In this document: in pieces, positions 39,843-50,260 of the stretch
How positions within the stretch are numbered: position 1 is the stretch's first letter
Layout of the letters: every line of letters starts with the position of its first letter
Assembly (NCBI GenBank): GCA_963704655.1
Contig: OY969927.1
Coordinates: forward strand, 320,001 to 384,000
Direction of reading: 5' to 3'
DNA from: an uncultured Candidatus Babeliaceae bacterium
GTDB lineage: Bacteria; Babelota; Babeliae; Babelales; Babelaceae
DNA length: 64,000 nt
The notes under the pieces: generated by a model
The model's database searches: none
What the model was told of the DNA's origin: nothing
What the model saw: only the letters and a program-made list of their open reading frames with translations
Position numbers and translations under genes: made by a program

Positions 39843-40685
39843 ATGAAGTATACATATAGATCTGTTTATATCGTTATAGCTATGACGGTTGCATCAGCTC
39901 AGGCAGAAAATGAGTCTAAAAGTCTTGGTAGTTTTGTTGCAAAAAATGCCTTATTAGGGGCTATTGCCGGTGGTTTAGAGGTAACGGTTAACCAGCCTTT
40001 AGTAACTATCAAAAATAGTTTGCAGCAGCGGCTGCCGATAGCTTTTGACCGCACTTTGTATAAAGGGTATATGGTTAATGCTGGTAGCATGGGGCCGATT
40101 ACAGCGGCTCAGGTAACGGTATATGCGTTGATAAAAAAACAATTCGAGTCGCACGGTAGAGCTCTTTCTGATGCGCAGAATTTGGGGGCTGGTTTTGCAG
40201 CAGGTGCTGTCTCTGGTCTGGTAAGTGGTCCGGCTGAGCTTATTATGTTAAAACAGAAAAATAGTGGTAAAACATTGCAACAGGCTTTTACTGATGTTAT
40301 GAGACAAAAGGGTGTTGCTGGGTTATGGCGCGGCTTTGTGCCAGCGGCAATGCGTGACGGTGGTTTTACTATGGGGTATCTTGCTTTAGGCGATGTCTTT
40401 AAGAACCCTATCAAAAAGATAGTTCATGATGAGCGTCTTGCTTCATTGACGGCCGGCATTTGTGCAGGTTTAGTAGTTGCTCCTCCAACGCACCCTTTTG
40501 ATACAATAAAGACTATTATGCAGGCAGAAGATATAACGCTTAAGCAGGCTATGTATAAAAAATACCGGTCACATGGTGTTCAGGGTTTTTTTGACGGGTT
40601 GTCACCACGTGCGTTCAGGATTCTCTTGGCAATACCTTTAATGAGTATGGTTAAGTATGAACTTTCGCTGCACTTGGATCTTTAG
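39843..40685 (+). CDS. Mitochondrial carrier (SLC25)-family protein
   Basis: Three repeats with Px[DE]xx[KR]-like motifs (QPLVTIK, GPAELIM, HPFDTIKTIMQ) and LYKG / GLWRG / GFFDG motifs. Confidence 0.85.
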   Translation: MKYTYRSVYIVIAMTVASAQAENESKSLGSFVAKNALLGAIAGGLEVTVNQPLVTIKNSLQQRLPIAFDRTLYKGYMVNAGSMGPITAAQVTVYALIKKQFESHGRALSDAQNLGAGFAAGAVSGLVSGPAELIMLKQKNSGKTLQQAFTDVMRQKGVAGLWRGFVPAAMRDGGFTMGYLALGDVFKNPIKKIVHDERLASLTAGICAGLVVAPPTHPFDTIKTIMQAEDITLKQAMYKKYRSHGVQGFFDGLSPRAFRILLAIPLMSMVKYELSLHLDL

Positions 40686-40739
40686 TCTAAAAAAATGCTA
40701 TAATATTGAAATAATCTTATATTGTTGCTTGGAATGTGT

Positions 40740-43520
40740 ATGAATTTTAAAGACACCTTAAATTTACCAAAGACCGATTTTCCGATACGGCCAAATGCTG
40801 CCGTAGAGGATGCGCAGCTTTTGCAGCGCTGGTCGCAAGAAAAACTTTCTGAAAAAGCCTTTACGCATAATAGCGGTGGCAAAAAATATATTTTACATGA
40901 TGGGCCACCCTATGCAAATGGGCATATTCATCTTGGGCATGCCTATAATAAAATTTTAAAAGATCTTATCACCAAATCTCGCCGTATGAAGGGCTTTCAC
41001 GTTCCAGTGACCCCAGGTTGGGATTGCCATGGTTTGCCTATTGAGCTTAAAGTTACTACGCAACCTGAAAATGCTGGCCTTTCGCCTTTAGAAATTAAAA
41101 AAGCATGTCGTGCCTATGCTCAGCATTGGATCGAAGTACAACGTGAAGAGTTTAAAAAACTTGGTGTCTTAATGGATTGGGATAACCCTTATATCACCAT
41201 GAGCCATGATTATGAAGCTTCTATTATTCACGCATTAAGCATCTTTGTTGAACAGGGCTTTATTGAGCGCAAAAATAAGACAGTTGCGTGGTGCTTTTCA
41301 TGTAAAACAACGCTTGCATCAGCTGAAATCGAACATAAAGATCGTAAGGACCCATCTTTGTATGTCAGGTTCCCGCTGCAAAAAAGTGATACAGCGCGCC
41401 TTTTTCCGCAAGCTGAAGATCGTGATGTAAGTTTATTGGTTTGGACAACAACCCCGTGGACATTGCCCTTGAATAGAGGGGTGATGGCTCATCCGCATGG
41501 CACCTATCAATTAGTTGATATGGACGGTACATTGCTGATTGTTGGTTCAAATGTAGCTGCAAAATTAGCGGAATTAACTAAACACACGTTGGTGGTTCTT
41601 AAAGAATTTGACTCAAAACTTCTTGAGGGTCTTTTTGTGCAGCATACGTTTATACAAGATATGCTGGTGCCGGTGATCTTTGATGATTCAGTTGGTCTGC
41701 ATGATGGTACGGCTTTTGTGCATACTGCGCCGGGCTCTGGGCCAATCGACTATGAAGTTGGAGTAAAAAATAATCTTGAAATTTATTCGCCGGTTGCAGC
41801 AGATGGTCGTTATACTGCTGATATTAAACCTGCAGAATTAAACGGCATGTTGATTACCGATGGTCAAATTTGGGTTATAAAAAAACTTGCTGAAACTGGT
41901 ACGTTATTCTTTAAAAATACGATAAATCATAGTTACCCGCATTGTTGGCGCTGTCATAATGGACTTATTTTTCGTGCGACACCACAATGGTTTGTTGATT
42001 TAATGCAGCAGGATATGAAACAGCGTGCATTGCAAGCAATCGAAAAAATATCATTTATTCCTGAGCGTGCGCAGAATTTTTTAAAGGCTACTGTTGAAAA
42101 TAGATGGGAATGGTGTATTTCGCGTCAACGTATTTGGGGCGTGCCGATTCCTGCATTAATCTGTGTGCAGTGTGACCGCGTGGCAACTTCTGTTGAGTTT
42201 ATGCAAGCAATTGCAGCAAAAGTTGCTACTCAGGGAATTGAATATTGGGATGCCGTGCCACTAGAAGAATTAGTGAAACTCGTTGGTGCGTGTACTGGAT
42301 GCGATAAAAAAGATTTTAAAAAAGAGCAGGATATTTTAGATGTCTGGTTTGATTCCGGTATAAGCCATTATGCCGTTCTTGAAAAAAATCCAAACTTAGC
42401 GTTTCCCGCAGATGTTTATTGCGAAGGTGTTGATCAACACCGTGGTTGGTTCCAGAGTTCATTATTAACCAGTTTAGTATTGGAAGATAAGGCTTGTATG
42501 CGTCAGATAATTTCTCACGGATATACCGTTGATGAAAAAGGGCGCAAGATGTCCAAATCGCTGGGTAATGTTATTGCGCCACAGGAAATTATTGAGAAAT
42601 TGGGTACCGATGGTCTGCGTTTATGGGTAGCAAGTGTGGGGCACGATGGCGACCTTGTGGTGTCACCAGTTGTTCTTGCAAACGTTACTGAAGTGTATCG
42701 AAAAATACGCAACACCTGCAGATTCTTGTTACAAAACTTGTATGATTTTGATATAAGACATGATGCCGTTGCTTTTGAAAAGTTATTACCGATTGATCGT
42801 TATGCGTTAAGCAGTTTATATAAATTGCATAACGAGATATTAAAGCTGTACGACCAGGACAATTTTACCGGTATATTCCATGGACTTGCCGATTATTCAG
42901 TTAATGAGCTCAGTTCATTTTATTTAGATATCATTAAAGACAGGCTCTATGTTGAGAAAGCTGACGGCCATGAGCGTCGCTCAGCTCAAACAGTGCTTTG
43001 GTATATTCTTGATACCTTAACGCGCGATATGGCGCCAATACTGTCATTTACTGCCGAGCACCTATCAGACTTTTACCAAGAAGATAAAACTGAATCGATT
43101 CATTTGCAGAATTTCCCTGATCTGCAGAAATTTAAAGATGTTGCTGGTGATGAATCGCTCTGGGAATTTTTGAAATCGTTGCGTTCTGTTGTGCTTAAAG
43201 CACTTGAAGAGCAACGTCAGCAGGGCGTCATTAAACATTCTCTTGAAGCTGCAGTGACGCTCTATGTTTCACCTGCACGCTATACAGAATTGCCTGCATT
43301 GCATAATCTGCTAACGCATGAAAAGTTCTTGAAAGAGTTCTTTATTGTGTCGCAGGTGCATCTTAAACCGGTAGTAGATGATCTTGTTGAGTCTACACTT
43401 AAAGGTGTCTATGCTGCTGCACAGGTTGCTGCCGGTTCTAAATGTCCACGCTGTTGGAACTGGGACCCGGTGATCGATGCGCGTGGGCTTTGTTCACGCT
43501 GTGCGCCATTAGTAAAATAA
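40740..43520 (+). CDS. ileS: Isoleucine-tRNA ligase (bacterial type 1)
   Basis: LHDGPPYANG.IH.GH, WCISRQR, DQHRGWF, KMSKS and a C-terminal CPRCW zinc finger; TGCTATAAT upstream. Confidence 0.97.
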   Translation: MNFKDTLNLPKTDFPIRPNAAVEDAQLLQRWSQEKLSEKAFTHNSGGKKYILHDGPPYANGHIHLGHAYNKILKDLITKSRRMKGFHVPVTPGWDCHGLPIELKVTTQPENAGLSPLEIKKACRAYAQHWIEVQREEFKKLGVLMDWDNPYITMSHDYEASIIHALSIFVEQGFIERKNKTVAWCFSCKTTLASAEIEHKDRKDPSLYVRFPLQKSDTARLFPQAEDRDVSLLVWTTTPWTLPLNRGVMAHPHGTYQLVDMDGTLLIVGSNVAAKLAELTKHTLVVLKEFDSKLLEGLFVQHTFIQDMLVPVIFDDSVGLHDGTAFVHTAPGSGPIDYEVGVKNNLEIYSPVAADGRYTADIKPAELNGMLITDGQIWVIKKLAETGTLFFKNTINHSYPHCWRCHNGLIFRATPQWFVDLMQQDMKQRALQAIEKISFIPERAQNFLKATVENRWEWCISRQRIWGVPIPALICVQCDRVATSVEFMQAIAAKVATQGIEYWDAVPLEELVKLVGACTGCDKKDFKKEQDILDVWFDSGISHYAVLEKNPNLAFPADVYCEGVDQHRGWFQSSLLTSLVLEDKACMRQIISHGYTVDEKGRKMSKSLGNVIAPQEIIEKLGTDGLRLWVASVGHDGDLVVSPVVLANVTEVYRKIRNTCRFLLQNLYDFDIRHDAVAFEKLLPIDRYALSSLYKLHNEILKLYDQDNFTGIFHGLADYSVNELSSFYLDIIKDRLYVEKADGHERRSAQTVLWYILDTLTRDMAPILSFTAEHLSDFYQEDKTESIHLQNFPDLQKFKDVAGDESLWEFLKSLRSVVLKALEEQRQQGVIKHSLEAAVTLYVSPARYTELPALHNLLTHEKFLKEFFIVSQVHLKPVVDDLVESTLKGVYAAAQVAAGSKCPRCWNWDPVIDARGLCSRCAPLVK

Positions 43521-43526
43521 ATAGTG

Positions 43527-43560
43527 AAAATAAGGGCTTTGAAAAAAGCCCTTATTTTTT
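43527..43560 (+). terminator. Intrinsic terminator
   Basis: AAAATAAGGGCTTT-GAAA-AAAGCCCTTATTTTTT. Confidence 0.9.
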
Positions 43561-43635
43561 AATTGCTTGAAATATGTTGCATTGTAGAACCTAATCATTT
43601 TAGTTTAATGTAAGTGGTTTTACTAGTGGTTTTCT

Positions 43636-45975
43636 ATGAATGATCCTCTACAAGCAATTGAAAAATATGTTCGAGCGGTTAATTACTTATCAGTTAGCCA
43701 AATTTTTCTTCAATCAAATGTGTTGCTTAATCGACCATTAACTTTTGAAGATATCAAGCCGCGTCTTTTAGGGCACTGGGGAACGTGTCCAGGTATTAAT
43801 TTTATGTACGCTCATCTCAATTATCTTATTAAAAAGCATCATCAATCAACGATTTTTGTTTTAGGCCCTGGCCATGGATTTCCTGCATTGCAAGCTAACT
43901 TATTTATGGAGGGAGTTTTACAGAAGTGTTACCAAGAAGCTACCCAAGATGAATCTGGGATCACGTATTTATGCAAAAAATTTAGTTGGCCTTATGGATT
44001 TGCTAGCCACGCAAACCCAGGAACACCGGGTACCATTTTAGAAGGTGGCGAGCTTGGTTATGCATTGTCTACGGCATATGGCGCAGCACTTGATAATCCA
44101 GATCTTTTAGTTGCCTGTGTTATTGGTGATGGCGAAGCAGAAACGGGCGCAACAGCAACTTCTTGGCATATAAATAAATTTCTTGACCCGGTAACCTGTG
44201 GCGCTGTTTTACCTATTTTACACCTAAACGGGTATAAAATTTCAGGACCAACTATTTTTGGGCGCATGACCAACAAGGAATTAAAGTCACTTTTTTATGG
44301 TTATGGGTATGAGCCAATTATTATTGAGGGCAGGGATCTTTACAAAAAAATGGCACAGGGGCTAGAAACAGCATTTCAGCTTATTAAAGATATTCAAAAA
44401 AGTCATAGAGCAGGAACAAGCTCAGGATTTGCCCGTTTTCCTATGATCATTTTAAAAACAAAAAAGGGCTGGACCGGCCCTAAGTATATACACGGCAAAA
44501 AGATTGAAGGGAATAATCTTGCGCATCAAGTAATACTCAAGCAGGCAAAGACTGATAAAAAAGAGTTAGCCATTCTTGAAAAATGGTTGGCATCATACAA
44601 ATTTGCAGAACTTTTTAATCTGGAACATGGATTTGATAAAGATATTACCGCTTTAATACCGCCAGCACCATTATCCATGGGCAATAACGATCATGCTTAT
44701 AGTGGCCGCATATATAAAGATCTTATATTGCCAGACCCCCAAATGTTTGCAGAAGATGCAACCGTTCCAGGAACTATTGGATCAAGCAGTATGCGTAGGG
44801 CTGGTTTATATCTACAGGCACTATGCGAACTTAATAAAAATACAAAAAATTTTAGATTGTTTTCACCAGATGAAATTTATTCAAATAAATTAGATGCGAT
44901 ACTCAGTTGTACATCGCGTGCTTTTGAGTTGCCTATCAAAAAGTGGGACCGCGATTTAATGCCAGATGGTCAGGTTATAGAGATGTTAAGTGAGCATGTA
45001 CTTCAGGGGCTTGCTCAAGGATACACCTTAACGGGTCGACATGCCTTGTTTGCTTCATATGAAGCCTTTATTGACATTGTAAGTAGTATGGCCGCGCAAT
45101 ATGCAAAATTTTTAAAAGCCGCACATGAATTTTCTTGGCGGGGGGATTGCGCGTCATTTAATTACATTCTTACGTCGTCTGGTTGGCGCCAAGAACATAA
45201 CGGATTTTCTCATCAAAATCCTGGATTTATCGGGAACATGCTCAAAAAATATTGTGGATTTATTAAAGCTTATTTTCCTCCAGACGGTAACAGTACGCTT
45301 GCCGTGCTTAAACATTGTTTTGCATCAAAGAATGGTATTAATATTATTGTTGCTGGCAAAACGCTAGAGCCGCGGTGGTTAACACTCCAAGCAGCAGAAA
45401 AAGAATTGAAAAATGGGCTCATGATATGGGATTTTGCAAGCGATGCTGATCCTGATATCGTGTTTGCAGCAATAGGTGATTATCTTACTAAAGAATCATT
45501 AGCAGCAATTGATATTTTAAAAACATGCATTTCAACAATTAAAGTTCGTTTTGTTAATATTATGGTCCTTTCATGCGGTGGTACTTTTGGTAATACGTGG
45601 TTGTCGACACAAGATTTCAATGCTTATTTTACCGCGGATAAACCAGTCATATTCAATTATCATGGCTATCCAGAAACGGTTAAATCGATTCTTTTTGAAC
45701 AACAAAATACGAGCAGGTTTTTTGTGCACGGATATATTGAAAGTGGTTCAACAACAACACCTTTTGACATGCAGGTACGTAATAAAACAAGTCGATATCA
45801 TCTGGTAATCGAAGCGCTTGAATTGTTGGCAAGCACTAATGTTATTGATCGAAAAATTGCTGAAAAGTTTAGTGCAATGTACCGAAATAAATTAGAGGAA
45901 CATGCAGTTTATATCAAAAAATATGGTGTTGATCCAAAAGAAATTGAAGAGTGGCAATGGAAAAGAACTACTTAG
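43636..45975 (+). CDS. xfp: Xylulose-5-phosphate/fructose-6-phosphate phosphoketolase
   Basis: GHWGTCPG, EGGELGY, GDGEAETG, SYEAF and HNGFSHQ motifs. Confidence 0.95.
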   Translation: MNDPLQAIEKYVRAVNYLSVSQIFLQSNVLLNRPLTFEDIKPRLLGHWGTCPGINFMYAHLNYLIKKHHQSTIFVLGPGHGFPALQANLFMEGVLQKCYQEATQDESGITYLCKKFSWPYGFASHANPGTPGTILEGGELGYALSTAYGAALDNPDLLVACVIGDGEAETGATATSWHINKFLDPVTCGAVLPILHLNGYKISGPTIFGRMTNKELKSLFYGYGYEPIIIEGRDLYKKMAQGLETAFQLIKDIQKSHRAGTSSGFARFPMIILKTKKGWTGPKYIHGKKIEGNNLAHQVILKQAKTDKKELAILEKWLASYKFAELFNLEHGFDKDITALIPPAPLSMGNNDHAYSGRIYKDLILPDPQMFAEDATVPGTIGSSSMRRAGLYLQALCELNKNTKNFRLFSPDEIYSNKLDAILSCTSRAFELPIKKWDRDLMPDGQVIEMLSEHVLQGLAQGYTLTGRHALFASYEAFIDIVSSMAAQYAKFLKAAHEFSWRGDCASFNYILTSSGWRQEHNGFSHQNPGFIGNMLKKYCGFIKAYFPPDGNSTLAVLKHCFASKNGINIIVAGKTLEPRWLTLQAAEKELKNGLMIWDFASDADPDIVFAAIGDYLTKESLAAIDILKTCISTIKVRFVNIMVLSCGGTFGNTWLSTQDFNAYFTADKPVIFNYHGYPETVKSILFEQQNTSRFFVHGYIESGSTTTPFDMQVRNKTSRYHLVIEALELLASTNVIDRKIAEKFSAMYRNKLEEHAVYIKKYGVDPKEIEEWQWKRTT

Positions 45976-47078
45976 TTATTAACCTTGGCAGTTCATCCAA
46001 GAGATATTCGTTATTTTCTGAAACGCGTGAACTGTTTTCTTTGCACATCGAAAAAGTATCTTTACAAAAAAACTATGCCAAGAGCACTGTGCATTTTTTT
46101 GAACAGATTAAAAAACAAAATATCTCTGTTCAGCCTGATACTATCAAAGCGATTGCATTTCGTGTAGTAGCTCCAGGCAGCTATTTTATGCAACACAGAA
46201 AAATAACGCCGGCGTATCTAAAAAAATTGCAAGCGACATGTATGATAGCTCCGATTCATAGTGAGCAACTTTTGCATGAGATAGCACAGTGTAAAAAGAT
46301 TATGCCACGTGTTTCTTATTATGGTATTTCAGATAGTGCATTTCATGGCACATTACCTGATGATGCGCGTTTATATGGTTTACCAAAAGATTTTGCAAAA
46401 AAATATGATATGTACCGCTTTGGGTATCATGGCGTTTCATGCACGTCGATACTGCGTAAACTTAAAAAGATGCATGGCAGCGTACCCAAAAATATTATTA
46501 TTTGCCATCTGGGTGGTGGCTCAAGTATCACCGCAGTTAAAAATGGTAAAAGTATTGATACATCTATGGGATTTACCCCACTTGAAGGTGTTCCGATGGT
46601 CACGCGTTGCGGAAATATCGATGCTGCAGCAATACTTTATTTGGTTAACCAAGGGATCACATTAAAAAAATTAATAGATACCCTTTTTAATCAGTCAGGT
46701 ATGGTGGGATTAACTGAACGCAGTGATATGAGAAAAATTGTCACGCTTGCACAACAGGGTGATGCGACATGCTTACAAGCGCTTGAATTTTTTGCATACC
46801 AGATCAAAAAATATATTGGAGCATATCATGCCGTTCTTGGTTCGATTGACCTTTTGGTGTTTACCGGGGGAATTGGTCAAAATGTCCCTCTTGTGCGCTC
46901 ATTAGTGTGTAAAAATCTTTCCTCACTTGGTATTGAACTTGATAGTAGAAAGAATAATTCTCTTGTAGATGTCGATGGCTTTATTCAAGTAACGGCATCA
47001 ACAACAAAAATTGCAGTAGTGAAAAATCAAGAAATGCATGTACTTCTGCATGAAATGCTTAGTTTGATAAACGTATAA
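45957..47078 (+). CDS. ackA: Acetate/propionate kinase
   Basis: INLGSSS, DSAFH, GYHG.S, HLGGGSS, DTSMGFTPLEG and FTGGIG motifs. Confidence 0.92.
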   Translation: MEKNYLVINLGSSSKRYSLFSETRELFSLHIEKVSLQKNYAKSTVHFFEQIKKQNISVQPDTIKAIAFRVVAPGSYFMQHRKITPAYLKKLQATCMIAPIHSEQLLHEIAQCKKIMPRVSYYGISDSAFHGTLPDDARLYGLPKDFAKKYDMYRFGYHGVSCTSILRKLKKMHGSVPKNIIICHLGGGSSITAVKNGKSIDTSMGFTPLEGVPMVTRCGNIDAAAILYLVNQGITLKKLIDTLFNQSGMVGLTERSDMRKIVTLAQQGDATCLQALEFFAYQIKKYIGAYHAVLGSIDLLVFTGGIGQNVPLVRSLVCKNLSSLGIELDSRKNNSLVDVDGFIQVTASTTKIAVVKNQEMHVLLHEMLSLINV

Positions 47079-47103
47079 ATGGTTTAAGTGCTCGTGGTCG
47101 CAT

Positions 47104-47137
47104 AAAAAAAGAGAGGCTTTTTACGCCCCCTCTTTTT
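47104..47137. terminator. Probable bidirectional terminator
   Basis: AAAAAAAGAGAGGC...CCCCTCTTTTT between convergent genes. Confidence 0.55.
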
Positions 47138-47155
47138 CTAGTTAATTTTCAAGTA

Positions 47156-49204
47156 CTAGCGCTCTTGCGCTATCGCACTTGGTAGGAATTCATCACAAGG
47201 TACGTCAGGTGAAAGAGTTGGTTTGCCAATAATTGTCTGTGATAGATTATTAAAGGCAAGTGATGCATCATTGGTTAAACTCATTAACCGTTTGAGTTCA
47301 TCAGGCATCTCTTTTTTTGGAGTAGCATATTTTTTCTCTTCTTCTTTTAGATGTTTTCGTAAACATGAAAGTGTGTCGCTATGTACATCAACAAGATTTT
47401 GCCACTCACGTCTAACCATGGCCTGCTCTTTAGGGTCTTCTGGTAAATTATCATATAATGCATTGAGTGATTCGGTAAGATCTTCTAGTAAAAGCTGTTC
47501 GCTGAGTTTTTCTAATTGCTCTGTTGTAATAAACGGATTTACGCCACCTTTAAATTCCATCTGTTTAAAGAGTTTACGTGAGGCGTCTTTGCGCATCTCT
47601 TTTCTAAGATGTACTAAATTTGATCCAAGGTCATCGATGAGCTCTCTGGCTGAGATTTTTGCACGTGGAGCTTTTGTGGGTGTTTCTTTTTCGGGAGCTT
47701 TTTTACCTTCTTCTTTGCCTTGCCCTTTTTCAAGTTCTTTCTGTGCTTTTTCTTTTGCTTTATACAGGGCAAGCTCATCTTGCATCTCTTGCTGTTTTTT
47801 TGCAGCCTCTTTTTCTTTTTGCCCTTTTACTTTTTTCTCTTCAGCCTCAACAATTTTTTTAATTTGTTCATCTCGTTTTTCTTCTTCAGTTTTAGCTTGT
47901 CCAGTTCCAGCAGCTCCGCCTTTACCGCCACCTTTACCTTCTTTCTCTTCCTCTTTTTTTATTGGGGCAAGAGGAACCGGTGTCGGAGCAGTAGATGTTG
48001 TTGGGCTTGGCATTGAAGGGAATCCTCCGCGACCAAAGCCGTCATACTTGCTTGGTGTTGGTAGTTGTTGTGGATAGTCTGTTCTATCGTATTTTCCATA
48101 AGTTAGTTTTGGTTGTATTTTAGCAAATTCTACTTGTTCTTTTTTGCGTAGTGTTTGTGCTTCTTCAAATGCCTTTTTCTGTGCAAGTTGTTCAGGTTCA
48201 TATTTTTTCAAAAACTCTTGTAATTGATCTAATAATTTTTTTTGATAGACGCTATTGCTGATAGCTTCAAGAACTTTTGTCAGATTACTTTGTGCGGCAG
48301 GTGAAAGTTGATCAGTTGGTTGCGTGAGACGTTTATCATCTATTAATTTTTTTGTTTTTGGATCATTCAGTTGATCATAGGCATCTTGAATGAGTGATAA
48401 AGTTAACTCAGCTGCCTTTTTTTCACGGTCGATTTCTTTTTTCGTGGCATTTTGTGCCTTAAGTTTTTTTACTATCTTTTTGGGGTTATGTTTCTTTTTC
48501 AGTTTTGTATACTGTGCTGTTATATCTTGTGCCGTTGCATCATAAGATAACCCTAAAATCTTGTAAGGATCATCATTGTCAACGCTTTTCTCAGTTAAAA
48601 TAATATGCGGTTGATAGCTTACCAATTCTCTGCTGAGAGTTTCTAAGTCTTTAAACAGTGCATCAAAGTCTTTGGTTGCGAGTCGGTCGTGATGTACTTT
48701 TTTGTTAACTACTTTTAAGTAGAAGATAAGATCGTTAAGTGGTTCTGCCCATTGAGCGAGGCGCCGCGCAATTTGGTCGTTACCTTGAGACTTTTGGCGC
48801 AGCATGTTTATCTGTTTGATAATCGTCTCAATAACAATCTGTACGTTTTCAGGATTTTGTGTTCTTATAACTTGTTTTTGTTCGGCAGGTTTTGCTGGCG
48901 CTGCTGCTTCTGCTGGCTTAACTAGTTCGCCTGATGGAGCTTTTTGCTCGAGCGGTTTGCCGGTATCTGGATCGATTCCACTATCAACTAAAACTTGGCG
49001 GCCAATTTTTTCAAGCTCTTCAAGCTCTTGTGGACTCAGTTTACTGAGTTCATTTAAAATATTATTAAAATCATCTTCGGTCATGCTATTTAAAATAGCA
49101 TCGATATCTTGGGGCTTAAACTGCCCTGGCGGCATTTGGGTATATACTGGTGTTGCTAAAAAGAGTGATAAAACTAAACAACAAACTTTTGAAAATATAT
49201 GCAT
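47156..49204 (-). CDS. Secreted-looking charged coiled-coil protein with a degenerate J-domain
   Basis: Signal peptide; DPYKILGL...YTKLKKKHNP...IQDAYDQLND. Confidence 0.75.
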   Translation of the reverse strand: MHIFSKVCCLVLSLFLATPVYTQMPPGQFKPQDIDAILNSMTEDDFNNILNELSKLSPQELEELEKIGRQVLVDSGIDPDTGKPLEQKAPSGELVKPAEAAAPAKPAEQKQVIRTQNPENVQIVIETIIKQINMLRQKSQGNDQIARRLAQWAEPLNDLIFYLKVVNKKVHHDRLATKDFDALFKDLETLSRELVSYQPHIILTEKSVDNDDPYKILGLSYDATAQDITAQYTKLKKKHNPKKIVKKLKAQNATKKEIDREKKAAELTLSLIQDAYDQLNDPKTKKLIDDKRLTQPTDQLSPAAQSNLTKVLEAISNSVYQKKLLDQLQEFLKKYEPEQLAQKKAFEEAQTLRKKEQVEFAKIQPKLTYGKYDRTDYPQQLPTPSKYDGFGRGGFPSMPSPTTSTAPTPVPLAPIKKEEEKEGKGGGKGGAAGTGQAKTEEEKRDEQIKKIVEAEEKKVKGQKEKEAAKKQQEMQDELALYKAKEKAQKELEKGQGKEEGKKAPEKETPTKAPRAKISARELIDDLGSNLVHLRKEMRKDASRKLFKQMEFKGGVNPFITTEQLEKLSEQLLLEDLTESLNALYDNLPEDPKEQAMVRREWQNLVDVHSDTLSCLRKHLKEEEKKYATPKKEMPDELKRLMSLTNDASLAFNNLSQTIIGKPTLSPDVPCDEFLPSAIAQER

Positions 49205-49274
49205 CGTTAACTTCCTAATTACACTAAGATATTCTTAGTTTAACTTTAAAAAGTTGATGCGTAAAAGTCAATTG

Positions 49275-49562
49275 TTATGAATTTTTAAAAGCTTTAGCGG
49301 CAGATTCTATAATAGAAATCAAAACAGGGTTTTTGTGAAAATCTAAAAGAGCTTGAGTATATGCTGGATTTTTTTTTATTTTTGGGCGATCCATTACATC
49401 TGCAATTGCACCCAATAATGCTTTATCTTGGCTTATTACATCAAGTTCTTCAGGATTTATCGAAGCAAGTTCTTGTAATATCTTTGCAAGCCTGCGCTTT
49501 GGAGTTGCTGTTAATTCTGTTGCACAGAGTATAAGAGCTAAGATAATAAATTGTTTGTTCAT
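49275..49562 (-). CDS. Small hypothetical secreted protein (95 aa)
   Basis: Likely start MNKQFIILALILCA; the longer ORF-track extension overlaps the pfpI-family gene. Confidence 0.6.
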   Translation of the reverse strand: MNKQFIILALILCATELTATPKRRLAKILQELASINPEELDVISQDKALLGAIADVMDRPKIKKNPAYTQALLDFHKNPVLISIIESAAKAFKNS

Positions 49563-49708
49563 AGTATTTTGTAAAGTTAAGAGTGTTTTAACAATATTAG
49601 TATTGAAACTGTAAGAGATTTTGCGCAGTTCGTCAATACAAAAAATGTTGTTGACTTTATGAGTAGCACTTTCATAAGATGAGTCAAAACATTTAAGAAA
49701 GTTATTAT

Positions 49709-50260
49709 ATGGAAAAAAATTTACGTGGGTTAAGGGTAGCAATTTTAGTTGCAGACGGTTTTGAACAATCAGAAATGGTTGAACCCAGAAAAGCTCTGCA
49801 AGATGCAGGCGCTTATGTAGATATTGTTTCCCCTTCAATGGGGATGGTGAAAAGCTGGTCCGCAGGAAATTGGGCAGAAAGTTATCATGTGGATGTTCCC
49901 CTTATTACCGGTGGTATCGACCATGAGTATGATGCCTTAGTTTTACCCGGTGGTGTTATAAACCCTGACCATTTGCGTATTATTCCCCATGTAATAGAGT
50001 TTATTAAGCAGATGCATGATGCAAAAAAACCTATTGCTGCAATTTGTCATGGCCCATGGACACTGATTAATGCAGGTGTGGTTCTTGGCAAGCAGGTAAC
50101 TTCCTGGCCTTCAATAAAAGTTGATTTGGAAAATGCCGGTGCGCATTGGGTGGATAAAGAGTTTGTGCGTGATGGCAATTTAGTAACCAGCCGTAAACCT
50201 TCAGATTTACCAGTGTTTAATGCTGAAATGGTAAAACTTTTTTCAGAATATGTGTCGTAG
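49709..50260 (+). CDS. PfpI/YhbO (DJ-1) family protein
   Basis: GFEQSE, LPGG..NPD and AICHGPW motifs. Confidence 0.92.
   Translation: MEKNLRGLRVAILVADGFEQSEMVEPRKALQDAGAYVDIVSPSMGMVKSWSAGNWAESYHVDVPLITGGIDHEYDALVLPGGVINPDHLRIIPHVIEFIKQMHDAKKPIAAICHGPWTLINAGVVLGKQVTSWPSIKVDLENAGAHWVDKEFVRDGNLVTSRKPSDLPVFNAEMVKLFSEYVS

Noticed and set aside
47223-48077. 284-aa plus-strand ORF
   Set aside because: Antisense shadow of the Lys/Glu-rich J-domain gene.
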